From positions 2,480,001-2,544,000 of the forward strand of contig JBHGNT010000015.1 in the NCBI GenBank assembly GCA_043228905.1: 64,000 bases of DNA, written 5' to 3'. The DNA is from Azolla caroliniana. Its lineage: Eukaryota; Plantae; Polypodiophyta. Shown piece after piece: positions 37,901 through 51,880 of this stretch (position 1 is the first letter of the stretch; every line of letters starts with the position of its first letter). The notes beneath the pieces are model-generated. The model did not search any database and was not told where the DNA came from. It saw only the letters and a list, made by a program, of their open reading frames with translations. Made by a program: the position numbers and the translations under genes.

Positions 37901-40875
37901 ATCAGTAAAACTGATCTGCATGTACTTTTATGTGGAATGACAAGTTCGGTTATTATTGCAGGTATTATATTAACATCAACAAGATAAATGGCTTATACCT
38001 GCACCAGGCTTTGGAGTTGATACAACTGCAACATCTCCCTCTTTAAACCCTAATTTCGTTTGACTATCTAACGGTAGAACCACCAGATCATACCATCCTT
38101 AAAAATAGACATGCAAAGCAAACAATATTTAGTTCACTGATATCCACATTTTGAAGGACTAAAAGGTAATTTTCTTTTACCTCTTTCACGCCTTTCTACG
38201 CTCTTTACACACACTTGAATATGTGGGTCCTTGGCGACTCCCTCACACAATTCTTCCCATGTGCTGAGCAACTGTGCTCTACACTCTTCGAAGAGGAGGG
38301 GCTCAAATACATTCACATACTCTTGTACAGAGTCAAAATTACCAGGAACACATTGAAGTTCCGCCTCACCTGTGCCACAAAAACATTAACATAGAATTAA
38401 TAAATAAAAAAACGAAGTGATCACTTCCACTAAACTGGTGGAGTTCACGCACACCTGCACAAATCTCAAATTTTAAAAATCAATAGAAACACAAAGAAGG
38501 CATGATGTTTCTGCATCTGATAGATTCTGTAGCCATGTCTAGCATCAGATTATTGTGCGTAAGTACAAAAACCAGTTGTTCAAGTGCTCCAAATAGAAAA
38601 GAAGTGTTCAACAATATCACTGCCACAGTCCATGACCAAAAGCTTCACATTAATGAGTCGAGATTTGTTATCTGTGGTTACTTAACAAATTACCTATGTT
38701 CATCAAGATAAATTACATTATTATCTAAGAGTAGTGTCCAGAATCACTCTAAACAACAATTGCTCAAGAGATGCCCAGATTTAGGATTCTAAAACAACAA
38801 ACGCCCTCAGAAGCCTATTTAACACTCTAAATAATAGTTAGTCTTTAAAATTCGGTTTGAACCCCTCACAAAAACACATATAATGAGCAACGCTGATTCC
38901 CAAGCTCATTTAAGAGCTTAGTTATTTGTGGACAACTAACACAAATGGATGTCAAAGTACCTAGTTCTGGAATGATGATACACTGGAGAAAAAGCTCACA
39001 CTCTGCTCCCCCAGTGAATTTCATCTTGAAATGCTCAATATTCATCATGAGCTTCAACATACAATCATCTTGACACACTGGAAAAAAAGTGCTCGTTGGA
39101 AAGTTCAAACAGAAATCCAAGTATCAACACAAGACTCGTACTACCCCTAAAAATCACCAGATAAAACTGTCTTCACCAGTTTCTGGAAAATCAAGCTCCA
39201 CTTTCTGTTATGCCTTCTGACTCCGCTGATAATCATAGATAATTCAGAAGATTTGCCGAACAAATTGTTCCACTGGATGCTGTTCATGCAGCACCACCAG
39301 TGTAAGAGAAAATTATTTTTCCCATCCATATGTAATTGTAATTTGTCCCTTACCCTTATTTACAATTATCAGACTTGAAAAAGGGAAAGGAATATATTCA
39401 AAGAGGATTTCTCTTCAAAATACTAACCAGATGGCTTCCACAGTTTGTCACAAGTTGCCTCCCGATGAAGTCGCTCTATGGAAGAGTCTTGAGAATATGT
39501 TGTCACTTGTTTCCTGAAAGGGGTTGGATTTTTCTTTGGAGTAGGAGACCTAGCAAAGCTCGAAAGTTTCTCATCCAACTTTCCCTGTGCAAGATACTTT
39601 ACCACAGCAGTTTTAATTGGTTGAGAACCTTTTACTTTATCCTCTACATCTTGTTTCCCACTATTTTGTCTTCCAACTATCGTAGAAGAAGATCCTTCAG
39701 ACATGGAAGGCTGTGATACTAATGCACCATCAGAACCAATATCTGACAGTGGAAAGGCATTAGATTTCATTTCTGACGGGCTTGCACTGTTTAACATTCC
39801 ACTTGTCGCATTCAAATTCCTTGAATCTTTCAATCTAGGATCAATTGTTAGTGGAGGAACGACTGGAGTTTTGGGTGTATCTTTGTTACCTCTAGAAGTG
39901 GCTCCAGCGCTTTTTTTCACACTAGGAATCTTTGGTGGGGCTGCTTGTTTAGCAGCCTCCCGAACATCTAGAAACATAGTTTGCCTATTACGCTTTTTGC
40001 CCAACATCGCATCTTTCTGATCCAGTCTTCCTCTCTTTCCAAAACTTGTTGAAAATTTGGTTTCAGTAGAGAATTGATTGCCTTTAGACGGATCTACTTT
40101 GAGAGCATTGTCAATGGCTGATACTATACTAAGATTGGTTCTATTATTTTCTGTGTCTCTAGAAGATTGGTTTGCTACATTAGCATTTACAGAACTTTGC
40201 GGAGATGTTTCTTTATTGCTGAACTTATTTGAAGCTCTTTCAGAGTCACATCCATCTGAAACAATTAGCAAATAATCAAAATGCATCCCTAAATACAAAC
40301 CTATAGATTTAAGGATATTGTAAAAGGATAGAGGCATAACAACCTCCAGGTTGCATAGATCCAAAGCTTTTATGACCATTGCTATGCATATCAAGCTCCT
40401 TTTCTTCCAACTCCAGTTCCGATGGACAACTTGAAGGCTTCGATGTTTTATCCACATCACCATTTTGAACTGGCTTAAACACCATATCAGATGAAGTATA
40501 ATCAGCAATGTCTTTTTTATCATTATAATTACCAGAGTGAACCTCATCTTTGGAGGAAATAGGTTCGTTCGTACTTGCTCCTTTGGGCATTACCCTTACG
40601 AATGGACGGAAACACGATAAAGGATGTTGTCCAAGAGCAGGTGGCGCTTCAGCCAATGATGATGATGTTGATGTTGATGATAGTGATTGATCATATGCTT
40701 CTGCTTTTGAAAGAAAACTTCTATTATTAAACTGAGCTTGTGACTCCTTTGAAGGATGCATGAACCTAGATCCCACCTCAGTAAGAGGAGGTTCACATGC
40801 ATTTTGTGATGACATATCTGGATCATCTTCCGGTATTTCATTTAAATCAAACATTACTCTCCCTTTGTTCTCCAT
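34976..40875 (-). CDS. SF1 Upf1/SEN1 (DNA2/NAM7)-family RNA/DNA helicase, senataxin/MAA3-like, ~1338 aa, 8 coding exons
   Basis: Exons 40875-40344, 40255-39428, 38369-38181, 38097-37999, 37868-37727, 37643-37508, 37422-35662, 35305-34976, all GT-AG and in phase. Motifs QGPPGTGKT, VCAPSNAATDEL, VIDEAAQ, GDPQQLP, QYRMHP, VITPYK.Q, TVDAYQGQE, RMNVALTRAR, VIGNA. Confidence 0.92.
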
Positions 40876-41965
40876 TCTTCTTGTATTAAATAAGATAGAA
40901 GAGAAAGCATCGATTTCAGCCAACAGATCTCAACTTGTCTAAATTGAAAATTATTCTTCTTTTGGACCCCATTACTTTTGGATTCAAAAAGATCAAATAA
41001 TGAGCACCAATTTCACCCATAAAGCTACTTCATGTGTATCTTGTTATGTCAAGGAACTATCAGATCGGGCAAATAAGACCAGAATTGACAAAATTCTGCA
41101 CCATTTGGTTGACAGCACAATAACCCAGTTTTACTGAAACCTTCCTGCCCTGGAGAAGAAGAAAAAAAAGCACCTGTCACACCCTCTGATCGCCAATCAA
41201 CGGATAAAAAATTCATTCCATCAATCCATTCCACTTCTTCTTCTTTTTCTTCTTCTTCATCCCAATACTACTTCATATAGCATCCTCGGATCAAATACCA
41301 CTTCACACATGTACAGTCATCAGATCCCAATATACAACTTCATATACAATTACATGTATAAAGAAGATACCACTTCATACATCTACATACATATGCAGTC
41401 ACAAGATCCCATTATAACTTCATATGCATATACATGTACAAATAAGTGCACCCCTTCATAATACATATACACATGCATTCAAAATACCATTTTAAACGCA
41501 GACATGTGCAGTAACATTTCATGTGCATGTACAATAATAACACTTGTAACTTCATACACATACACATATACACGCCCTCCTAACACGGCCCATCCAATGG
41601 AGGAGCGAAAAGATTCCGACACACACACACAACAAATATATGTATAATACACACAGGTATATAAAAATGAAGGGGAAATTTCAGGCAATCGAAATTGAGA
41701 AGCAAAAAAGGGAGGCAATCAAAAACTAGAGGGTAATAGACAAACCTGATATATGTATAGACAGGGGAGGAGGGGGGCAGGGAGGGAGGAGGAGGTGAAG
41801 CTACTCCAGAGTTAGGGTTAGGGCAGAGTAGGAGGAGGGGGGGCGGCAGGGGCAGCAGCTGCAGGTCTACTCTGTTTCTTTGTGTGTGTGTGTGTGTGTG
41901 TGTTAGAGAGAGAGAGAGAGAGGGAGAGAGAGAGAGAGAGAGAAAGGGGAGGGGGGGTGTGGTCC

Positions 41966-41973
41966 TTTATATA
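41966..41973 (-). promoter_or_regulatory. Candidate TATA box of the helicase gene
   Basis: CTATATAAAGG on the minus strand, followed by a CT/CA-rich leader and a plausible 5'UTR donor (CAG|GTTTGT, ~41746). Confidence 0.55.
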
Positions 41974-42023
41974 GCAGGAGGAGGAACAGGGGAAGGCGGG
42001 GGGGGGAAGGGTTGCTCTGTTTC

Positions 42024-42058
<35 letters not shown>

Positions 42059-42207
42059 GCAGTTCCAGATTTACATTCACACCATGCCCTTCTTTTCCAT
42101 GTGTTCTTTCTTCTTCTTCTTCTTCTTCTTCTTCTTCTCTCTGCCTGCCCTTTACCCCCCCCCCCCCCCCCCCCATCACTTCTCCCTGGCCCTCCCCTGC
42201 CTTGCCT

Positions 42208-42550
42208 TTTCTTCTTCTTCAGTACCCTCCCTTTGCCTATCTGCTTGCTTGCCCAGTTACCGGGCCCTCTCTGGGCCCTCTCTGTACGCTACTATATCAT
42301 TTTATGTATATTGCTCGGACTACCGTCTCCTTTCTTCTTCAGTACCCTCCCTTTGCCTGCCTGCCCAACCACCGGGGCCTCTCTGTACGCTACTATATCA
42401 TTTTATGTATATTGCTCGGATTACTATCGTCTCCTTTCTCCTTCAGTACCCTCCCTTCGCCTACCTGCCCAACCACCGGGCCTCTCTGTACACCACTATT
42501 CATTGTATGTATATTGCTCGAGCCTCAGACTACCACTGTCTACTTCTTCT
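42208..42550. repeat. Three imperfect ~105-120-bp tandem units upstream of the helicase gene
   Basis: CTTCAGTACCCTCCCTT.GCCT...CCTCTCTGTAC.C.ACTAT...TATGTATATTGCTCG at ~42217, 42337 and 42441. Confidence 0.85.
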
Positions 42551-45071
42551 CTTGACCCTAACCCCCCCCCCCCCCCTTGACACACACGCAACAACAACCC
42601 CTTGTCCATAATCACTGTCCGTTTCACACTCGATCGCATCAAAGCCACAAAGTTGAGAGTAGTGCATGTGGTTTTCGATCCTTGCCTTGCACTACACCCC
42701 ATCCCGATCTCAATCGCAATCGGTCTCTCATGGATGATCAAAAGATACTTATTTGTCTATCTGCCCCCCTGCCAGTATGTTGAAGCTCGTGCATACCAAT
42801 GTGTGTGCATTTTCCTCTCACATAATCAATGGTAGTAGGAAATTTTGGCTCACTCACTTAATCACCCCGCTAGTATTTAGCTTCCGTGGGAACTTATGAG
42901 ATTCAAAACGATGTCTCAACTCCACCCCCCGTAAACTTGTATGTGCTAGCATGTAAACCATAAACACATGAGTTCATTGTAAGGAGATTTTGAAGCCCTT
43001 TATTTCCAAAGCATTTTCTTACATGAGGGTGAGGATTATAAAATTTATGTGTGTTATTTTCTCAAGAAAATAAAGAAAGAAAGAAATTTTCATAACAAGC
43101 GTTTCTTTGATAACTTTGAATGTGTGTAATGTGTAGGGCTTACATATGGCGATCCCCTTTATGTTATAAGGAATCCTTTATCTCAATTTTATGACAATTG
43201 AACATAGAATACCCATGTCATAGGATTTTGCATATAGTTAGCTCATTCATAGTTTGTTGCTCATGGCCTGTGTAAAATATATCATTCACCACCCGCAAAA
43301 GCATTGTGACAATATAGACAAGGCAAGTGAAACAACAACTCTGTCTCATAATGAATTATGTGCATATATTTTTTATGTGTAGTGTATTGAGAGTTAATGT
43401 TGTCTCTCAACAAGTCCACTTCACAATGAACATATCACACCTTGGTGTTCGTTTGATCCATATAGTTCTAAGCATCATAGCAACCTTTTATTTTTCCATG
43501 ATCAAGTTAGTCTCCAAGCAATGCCTTAACGCAAAAAACTTGCATTGAAGTCCCCCTAATCTAACCACGTCTAGACATACATAATAACATAATGCAATAT
43601 TTTTGTGTTGATTTTGAAGTGTATATATGTATGTATGCTAGTGGGATGAAAAGGTCTAGAAACAATCAATCATATTCATAAACAAAGAATCTAAGTCAAT
43701 GTACTTTTATTTATAAACATTGAATTTAGTTTCACATATGTATATGCATAGTGCAACTATTAACATGTGAGTAGTAGGGGAGAGAGCCTAGGGTGATGCT
43801 TACTAAAGCATAAACTCGAAACCTTGACTCCATGGATAGTTTCATGAATATATATGAATTATTTATAATTGGAAATTGAATACATAATTATAACGTACCA
43901 TTACATAAAATCTAAATTTGTTAAATTCATTGTAAAAAATGCTATTTCATTTTCTTTGAGATAGTTATAATGAAATCTAAAAAAATGAGTAATAAACAAC
44001 CCTAAAATTTGCTTATGTACTTCCATGAGGATGATATGATCTCTCAATGTATGTATAACCAACATCAAAGACATGGTTGATAATAAAAAAGGAATAACAA
44101 TGAGGAAATACTTTGTATGATGAAGAGCAAGAGCTTACGAAATCTAAAGAGTTTATGGCGGCCCACCATAAGCATAAGATACTCACACCAAGATAAGAGT
44201 AGATAAGAGAAAAAAAGGATGGAAGGCAATCTCAAATGGGATTTTAATACTTAGAGGAGGAAGAAAATACATTTTCTTTGATCAAAATAATATTTGTGTC
44301 CATCCATTTCGGTGTATGTTTTCTCGAAGTGTTTTATGTCACATGATTCTCATAAATGTATGTATATTATTCAACAAAATTATTCCACAATATATAATTG
44401 GTGGGCATGAGTTTCTCTTGATGGTTAGGTGAAATATCTCACACTTTTCCTTTGCAAATTACGAATTTGTTCATAGACCATGATCCTTCCCCCAAAGACA
44501 TGGAAACTAAAAAGGCAACTAAAACATTTCGAGCTAATCCATGGTGTATTTCCAATACAAGTATGCATATGTACATCATTGGTAACAATACATAATATTG
44601 TGTCATTGATTTGAAATCAAGGTCTCACATAACTCGTGTGCACAACACATTATTATTGGTCATGGGGCACATTGTATCATATCACAACATTCAAAATTGC
44701 ATACATCCCAGGGAAAAAAAAAGGTTTACATAAATAAGCTTGGATGTAATCAATAACAATGATAAACTAGATTTCATCACGTAAAAATATATTCTGTAGA
44801 ATACAAAGAAAGGAGTCGGACTTTGATAGTTCTATATGGTGTAAAGTACATGGCCCTCAACAACATTACCACTACTTTAGTGAATTTTCTACATTAGAAG
44901 ACAAGCTATTTATCTTGCATACTTTCTTCTACCCATAAGAAAATTGGCATCATAACAATCTTTGAATGGTACATGCTTTTATGGTGCCAATGGAAAGAAA
45001 TATAACACATACAAGAATATCAATTGCAATAAATGAATCTTTCAATATGTGTGGTGCAATTAAAAGAAAGC

Positions 45072-45073
<2 letters not shown>

Positions 45074-45137
<64 letters not shown>
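45074..45137. repeat. (GA)n microsatellite
   Basis: About 32 GA units. Confidence 0.95.
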
Positions 45138-45139
<2 letters not shown>

Positions 45140-46055
45140 TCTACTTCTCACAGTTCGAAAAGCCATCATCTACCTCTGTGACTCAAAAATACCATCCTCC
45201 ACAGTTACCAAACCTAGTTTTGCCATTCTATTAAACTCTGACTTTAAACTGTCTTTGCTTGGATATGGTCAGATTTGGCAAGCAATAGTACAATTGCCTA
45301 TTTTATCATCACCGATTCCACAATTGGTGGTGGTGGAACCGTGGAAGGTTGGTTATTTGCAATTAACACTAATGATGTTTACCGTAGGTTGGTTAAGGAT
45401 AGAGTTTGGGTACAGAGCAAGGTTTTGGATACATGTCACATTATCCGTGGAAGTGAATGGTGTGTTAGAGTTTTAGATGCAAGATGAAAGTCTCATATTC
45501 CTTTCTGTGCAAAGATATTTTTTTGGCGTGCTATGGTTGGTGGGTTACCTTTGGCTATGACATTAAAACGAAGACACATTGATAGTGGTACAACGATTGA
45601 TGAAGATTCTCGACATAGGTTTATATCTTGCCATGTTACTAAAAGTATATGGATAGTTATATTACAACTGTGGGGGTCATTGACTGGAAGTGTTTTGTCA
45701 CCTTTTCAATGGGTTTTCATTGAAGGTGATAGAGTTTTACCATCCCCAACGTATAAGTTTGTGTTTGATTATTTGAGGTACTTGGGCATGTGGTATATTT
45801 GGAACTTGCGGAATGGTTTCTTATTTGATGGGCTTTCTGGAGTATCTCAATAGATATGAGGATAAGAGGAAAGTTGATTTGGCAGTTTTCACAATTATGT
45901 TGTATGGGAACTTTGTCCCCTAACGAGTTACATTTGTGTTGTTTTGTATTGCATCACCTTAGAAGGTTGCCCTTGCCACATCGCTACTTTTGAAGTAGTT
46001 TTGATATCAAGGTTTTTTTTGTATTGTCATGTTGTTTTAATATAAACATACATTT

Positions 46056-46059
<4 letters not shown>
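45137..46059 (+). mobile_element. 5'-truncated, 5'-inverted L1-type LINE (ORF2 C-terminus)
   Basis: Forward part from 45252: LLGYGQIWQ...FFWRAMVGGLPL...EDSRHRFISC...FDYLRYLGMWYIWNLRNGFLFD, paralogous to 51030-51785. Segment 45137-45253 is the adjacent upstream ORF2 sequence in reverse orientation. Confidence 0.85.
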
Positions 46060-46108
<49 letters not shown>

Positions 46109-46434
46109 GAGAGGAAAAAACGCAAGAGTGGAGAAGGGAAGAAGAAGCGAATTTGTTTTTATTGTTGCTCTCTCTATCGATAACAGAATTGAGCACAAAG
46201 ACAAGCGTTGGAAAGCCCTCGAGTAGAGCTTCTCAACGAGATATAGCAAGTTGAATTTGGCCATTTGTACGAGATGCAGCGATAGCAATAAGGAATCTTG
46301 TGTTGTCGACATCCACATACTCAAAACTCATTGTGGGTCTTCGATTGCTTTCAAAATCTTCGACCTCTTCAATCGGGTGAGTTCTGATTTTCTCTCTTGT
46401 TCATGGAAAATTGTTTTTATCCCGGATCGATATA

Positions 46435-47948
46435 ATGATGGACATAAACATGAATTCCTCACAAATTGTGGGGGATATTGATATGGAAACAATCAATCCA
46501 AAAAAGAGTAATGTGATGGTTGAATGTAATCGTGAAAGGGAAGACATTGGAAGCTCTAAGAGGTTTAAGGGAATTGAAGAAATCAATGAGAAAAAATTAA
46601 CATATGCCGAAATAATACTTGTAGATGAAGTTGACAAGGATCACAGTAATTGGGATAATTTATGGGGAATTGCCAATACCTTATTGTCGGATATTGTGGA
46701 AGAAAATGAAAATGCAGCGAAAAGCGAAAGAATGCATTGAAGAGTATGTGCATGATGTGGAAGTTGATACTAAGGCAGTTTTGCAATCATTTGATGTATT
46801 CTATGATCGTGCTGTTATATTATTTTTTACCGGAAAACTCCCATATGTTAATTGGATTAAACAATGGTTGAACACAATCGTGTCACCAAATTGTGTTGAA
46901 AATATATATGCGGGACCACGAGGGTTTTATGATGTGGTATTTCGTTCACTGGAGCATCGAAGTGCATTGTTGGGTAAAGTTCTTGTGTTTTTTGATAAAC
47001 GATTGGTGCATGTTATGCAATGGTCCCCCGTAGTGGACTATCATGCTTTGTTAAAACAAGAATGACTTGTTTGGGTTACAGTGGATTGTAAGCATGCTTT
47101 TTTATGGCCACTTTTACCAGAGTTGATGAGTCAAATGGGTAAAGTGTTGGTATCTCCACATGCAAATGCTACAAATAAGTGTAGATTTTGTGTGTTATGG
47201 GATACAAGTCACAAGAGGTCAGGATGGGTGGGTATGAATGCTCCCGGTATGAGAAGTCTTTGTTTTAAACTGAAGTGGGAGACATTTGCAAGTCATTGTT
47301 TTGGATGTGGTGAATGGGGTCACTTTATGGCGGAATGCCACGGTCATTGTCCTTCAACTACAGAGGTTCCTATTGAAGGGAACGATAAGGAAGGAGTTGG
47401 GAGAGATGTTGGTGTTTCAGATTTTGTGGATGAAGGAACATCACCTAGATCAGGTTATAAAGAGGTCTCACTTCAAGGTTTGGGCCCTAAGAATAAGGGA
47501 ATTGAATCTATGGATATGGAAAAACAAAGTTTAGTGGTTAAAGATAAGGGGAAAAAACCGTTGGATAGAGCTAGTAGTGATGTTGTTGACAAAGATTGGC
47601 ATGAGGTTAAGGGCAAGTCGAAAGGGAAATCAATGAATATGCAGCGTAGTAGCTTGCCCACTACTCGTGTGGCAAGGTAATTCAAGAACTAGGGAGGGCC
47701 CTCGAAAAGTTCCTTGGCAACGACAATATAGGGATAAGGGATTACCCCTTCACCTTCAATTTGATTTATTGGGACGAGTTGTAAATTCTTCGAATTCTCG
47801 AGGTTTTCGTCAAGCGGGAGGACCTAAAAAAAAGATTTCGATAGACAACCCTAAGGATGTGGTGCATGAAAATCCATATGCAGCATTGGAGCATGCTTTG
47901 ACTAGTTTCATGACATCGGTTGCTCTAAAGGAGCAAGTGCTCCCATAA
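46435..47948 (+). pseudogene. LINE ORF1 (DUF4283-like RRM region plus zinc knuckle), disrupted
   Basis: AVILFFTG...WIKQW...GPRGFYDVVF...MQWSP; CFGCGEWGHFMAEC; stops and frameshifts. Confidence 0.75.
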
Positions 47949-47961
47949 CATTGTTGATTGA

Positions 47962-50900
47962 ATGAAAGTGGTAAAATGGAATGTGAGAGGGGCATGTTCT
48001 CCTCATAAGAAGTATATACTATGGGAAACTTTGTTAAGTAGAGAATGGGATGTAGTAGGTGCAGTTGAGCATAAGTGTCATGAGTTAGCAGGATCCACAA
48101 TGCATTTGCGTGGATATTCATCATTTTATGCAGGACATCTTAATAATCATTATTCAGGTGTGGTATTAATCGTGAGGGATAAGTATTATCCTCAAGTGGT
48201 GCATAATGATCCTTATGGTCGGTTTTTGGTTCTAGAAATCACTTTTTTTGGCAAGGTTGTGTGGGTGGTTGGGATTTATGCCCCTAACCAAGCCACTTAT
48301 GGGGTTCACTCCTTCAAACCCTATCTATTGGACGTCCAGGATTACTTATGGGCGATTTTAACATGTGTGTTGATGCATTTCAATCTACGTCTGAACATTC
48401 AATCATGGATGATCCTGAGTAACTTGCTTGGGACTCATTGGCTATGGAGGTTTTGAAGTTGGATGTTTGGACATAGTTGCAAGGGAATAATCCAGGTTTT
48501 ACCTTCCAATCTTCTCAACATAGACAAACATGGAGTCGGTTAGATAGAATGTATGTGATGCATGATGATTCTTTTTTATCGACATCACTTCGTATGAACG
48601 TTCTACAAGATGTTGGAACTTCAGATCACTTTCCTATTTGCTTGGAGGTGTGTAATCATGCAATTGACATGTATAAATCTTTACTTGGAAAGCCTCCACT
48701 ACGCTTTAACTCTTCTCTTTTGCTTTAACCTCACTTTGATTCTCTCATGGAGCAAATTTTGGTAAATTTTTCTCAACAAGTGAATCTTAAAGGAGTTAAA
48801 GCATGGGATATCACATTACGAAACATTAACATCATTCATCGTATGTATGGAGTAACCAATGCTCAACGAAGAAGAGGTCTTATTCGACAATTCTCACAAG
48901 TTCTCTCTAGGTGTAATGCATTATTGATACATACACCATTAGATGAGGAGCTTTTGGATATTCAGAGTCAATTGCATGGTATTATTTCTCAGTTGCAATG
49001 CCAAAGTTATCGTTATGCTAAGATGCGACAACTCAAGGAAGGACTCATTGATAATCAATGTCAATCTCATTTGTTTTTCCAAGCATTACATCCTACTTAT
49101 GCTCGATCTAATGTGGTACATGTGAAGCAAGGGGATGAATTGATAGTGGATCCTACAACAATAATTGACATATGTCTTCATTACTTTAAGGAGTTGATTG
49201 GTCCACAATTGTTAATGACAGATGAGGTGAGTAGAGCACGTCATGAGTTTTATGATGTGGTTGGATGTATTGTGCATGATCTCATTAGTCATGAATTGGA
49301 TGCAGATTTCACTGAGGATGAGGTGGATGTAGTTTTAAGGCATCTTCCTAGTGGTAAGAGCCCTGGTTGGGATGACTTGACAAATGAAGTTTTTAAGAGA
49401 TATTCCAACATTTTAAAGGGGCCCTTGACTTTGATTTTTCAACATTCTTGGGATTCTGGTTGTATGCCTCAAGCTTGGAAGATTGGTCTAATTAAACTAG
49501 TTCCAAAGGTGGCATCTCCTAAGTCATTTCATCAATGGAGACCTATTTCTTTGATGGGGGGGTTGTACAAGATATTTACGAAGGTCTTGGCAAATAGATT
49601 ACAAAAGTATTTGCCAAAGTTGATACACCCCGCCCAATATGGTTTTATTGCAGGTAGAAATATATTGCATAATGTGTTGAATGTTCAAATGGCCATGGAT
49701 TATGCTCGGAACACTCATCAAGAATTGATTATGGTGCAATTAGATTTGGAGAAAGCTTATGATCATGTTAATTGGTCTTTTGTTGCTGGGTTAATGCATA
49801 CAATGGGCTTTGGACCTCGTATGTCTTGCCTCATCTTTTTATTAGGACAAGATGTAGTGTCTCGAGTAATGCTTAATGGGTGAGTTACATCAGATATTGC
49901 CCTCACAAGATCCGTTTGTCAAGGATGCCCTCTTAACCCATTATTGTTTGCTATTGTTACTCATCCTTTGTTAGTGATGCTATCAAGACTTGCAATAAAT
50001 GGTGACATTGTGGGTTTACACCTTCCGTCCGGAGGGCAAATAGTAGCACAAGCTTTGGCGGATGATTCTTTCATGTTTGTACAAGCCTCACAGAAGAATC
50101 TTGAGAAGGGGATGCTTGTATGGAATCAGTTTGCATTGGCTTCCGGATTACATATTAATTGGAGGAAGTCTAGTCTCATATCATGCACTGAAAGGGATTT
50201 GGAATGTTTGGGATGGCAAGGATCCGTGGTGAAGAAAGGCTCTATTTTTCGACACTTGGGCTATCCATTAGGAATGAATGTTACAAATGGTCAATTGATT
50301 GAATGGATGTCTAGTAAGTTGAGGGATAAGTTCATGTATTGGAAGTCACAATCTTGGCCATTTCATGTTTGCTTGAAGGTTGTACAATGTATTATGGAAC
50401 CCATGATATTATATTACTTGCCATTATTGCCATGGACAAAGAAGGCGTTGAATTCTGTTTTGCAACCTCTTCGATATTTGTTGTGGAAGAAGAGGGATAA
50501 GATGGGAATCACATGGATTGCTTGGAATCATCTACCAACCCCGAAGCGATTGGGGGGTGGGGTTGGAATATTGAACTTATCTATGCATATGATGGCTCGT
50601 AGATTTTCATTATTACAAGACATGTGTTCAAACTCACAACCATGGATATCTATTGTTCGATATTTCATTGAGAACAAGGGTTTAACACATGGGAGGACAA
50701 CGATTAAGGCTTCATGGTGGCAATTACTGAATGGATGTATTTCACTTAGGATTCCGGGTTCTTCATGTGTTCAACACTTAGTTACCTCATGGCAAGAAGC
50801 ACTCTTGTTATGTGTATGGAAACCATCATCTAATAGAGAGCATTGTAACTCTTTGCAAAAAGAGTTACTTGTGTCTTCTCGGTTATTATGTTGGCCAGGA

Positions 50901-51785
50901 AAGGAGAGATTACGTTCTCAATTTAATCGTTTGTTTTGTTTGGGGGTCAAAGAGGTGGGAGATATAGTTGAGGTTCCATCTCAAAGAATTTTGGAGTTTA
51001 CTAAAGCACGACAATTATTACGCATCCCGCCTAATTATGGGTTTATTTGGCAACAACTACAGAATATTGCATTGATGCAAGGTCCCTTACCTCTACAAAC
51101 AGGAGAACGACCGTGGATTGATTGGAGTTTAAGGGGTCAAACACCATTGTTACAAGTGACTACTAATCTTTTGTATCATTGTTCCGTTGAGTCTCTTGGA
51201 TGGTTATCATCTAAGGCTGAAGAAGAATGGAAAATACACAAATCTGATCATGGGTGGTGGCAGATCTTACAACGTAGTTGGCATTCTAAATTGCCACATG
51301 TTGCAAAGGTATTCATTTGAAGAGTTTTGATCGGAGGATTGCCTTTGGGATTAGCTTTAAAGCGTCGTGGACTAGTAACGGGTACCTGCTTCTTTTGCAC
51401 AGTTAAGATAGAAGATAATACTCATCGATTTATACAATGTCCAATTGTTTGTCAAATTTGGAGTTACATTTCTCAAATTTGGCAAGTTTTATCACGGAGT
51501 TATTTGACACCTAGACAATGGGTGTTTGCACAATTTACATAGGCTGACCCAAAATCAGAGATGGAGATTGTTTTCCTATTTCTGAGATATTGGGGATTGC
51601 GTCATAATTGGAACATGCGCAACGCTTTTGTATTCGATGATAGACATGGAGTGAAAGCATATCTACGAAAGTTGAAGGGAGTACTAATGTGGCAATTTTC
51701 TTTATTGGAACAAGTGGAAATTCTTTCCTCGGTGGAGTGTTCGTCCTGCCTATTGGCAATTCAACATGTTCCACTACCCATGTAG
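47962..51785 (+). pseudogene. LINE ORF2 (APE endonuclease, RT, zf-RVT), disrupted
   Basis: MKVVKWNVRG, GIYAPN, GDFN, SRLDRMY, SDHFPI; KSPGWD, WRPISL, QLDLEKAYDHVNW, QGCPL, LADDS, HLGYPLG; CFFC...EDNTHRFIQC. Confidence 0.9.
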
Positions 51786-51880
51786 TGTAGTGTGGTTAGT
51801 GTGTGACCATACTCCATTGTCACACGTATTGTAAGTAGTGTTTTTCACACACATTTATTAATATAATTGTGTGTTTTCAC

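Noticed and set aside
41884-42611. ORFs of 159-223 aa
   Set aside because: Produced by microsatellites and tandem repeats in promoter/UTR sequence.
42835-42875. Helitron 3' end (CTAG-T)
   Set aside because: No convincing subterminal hairpin or matching 5' end.
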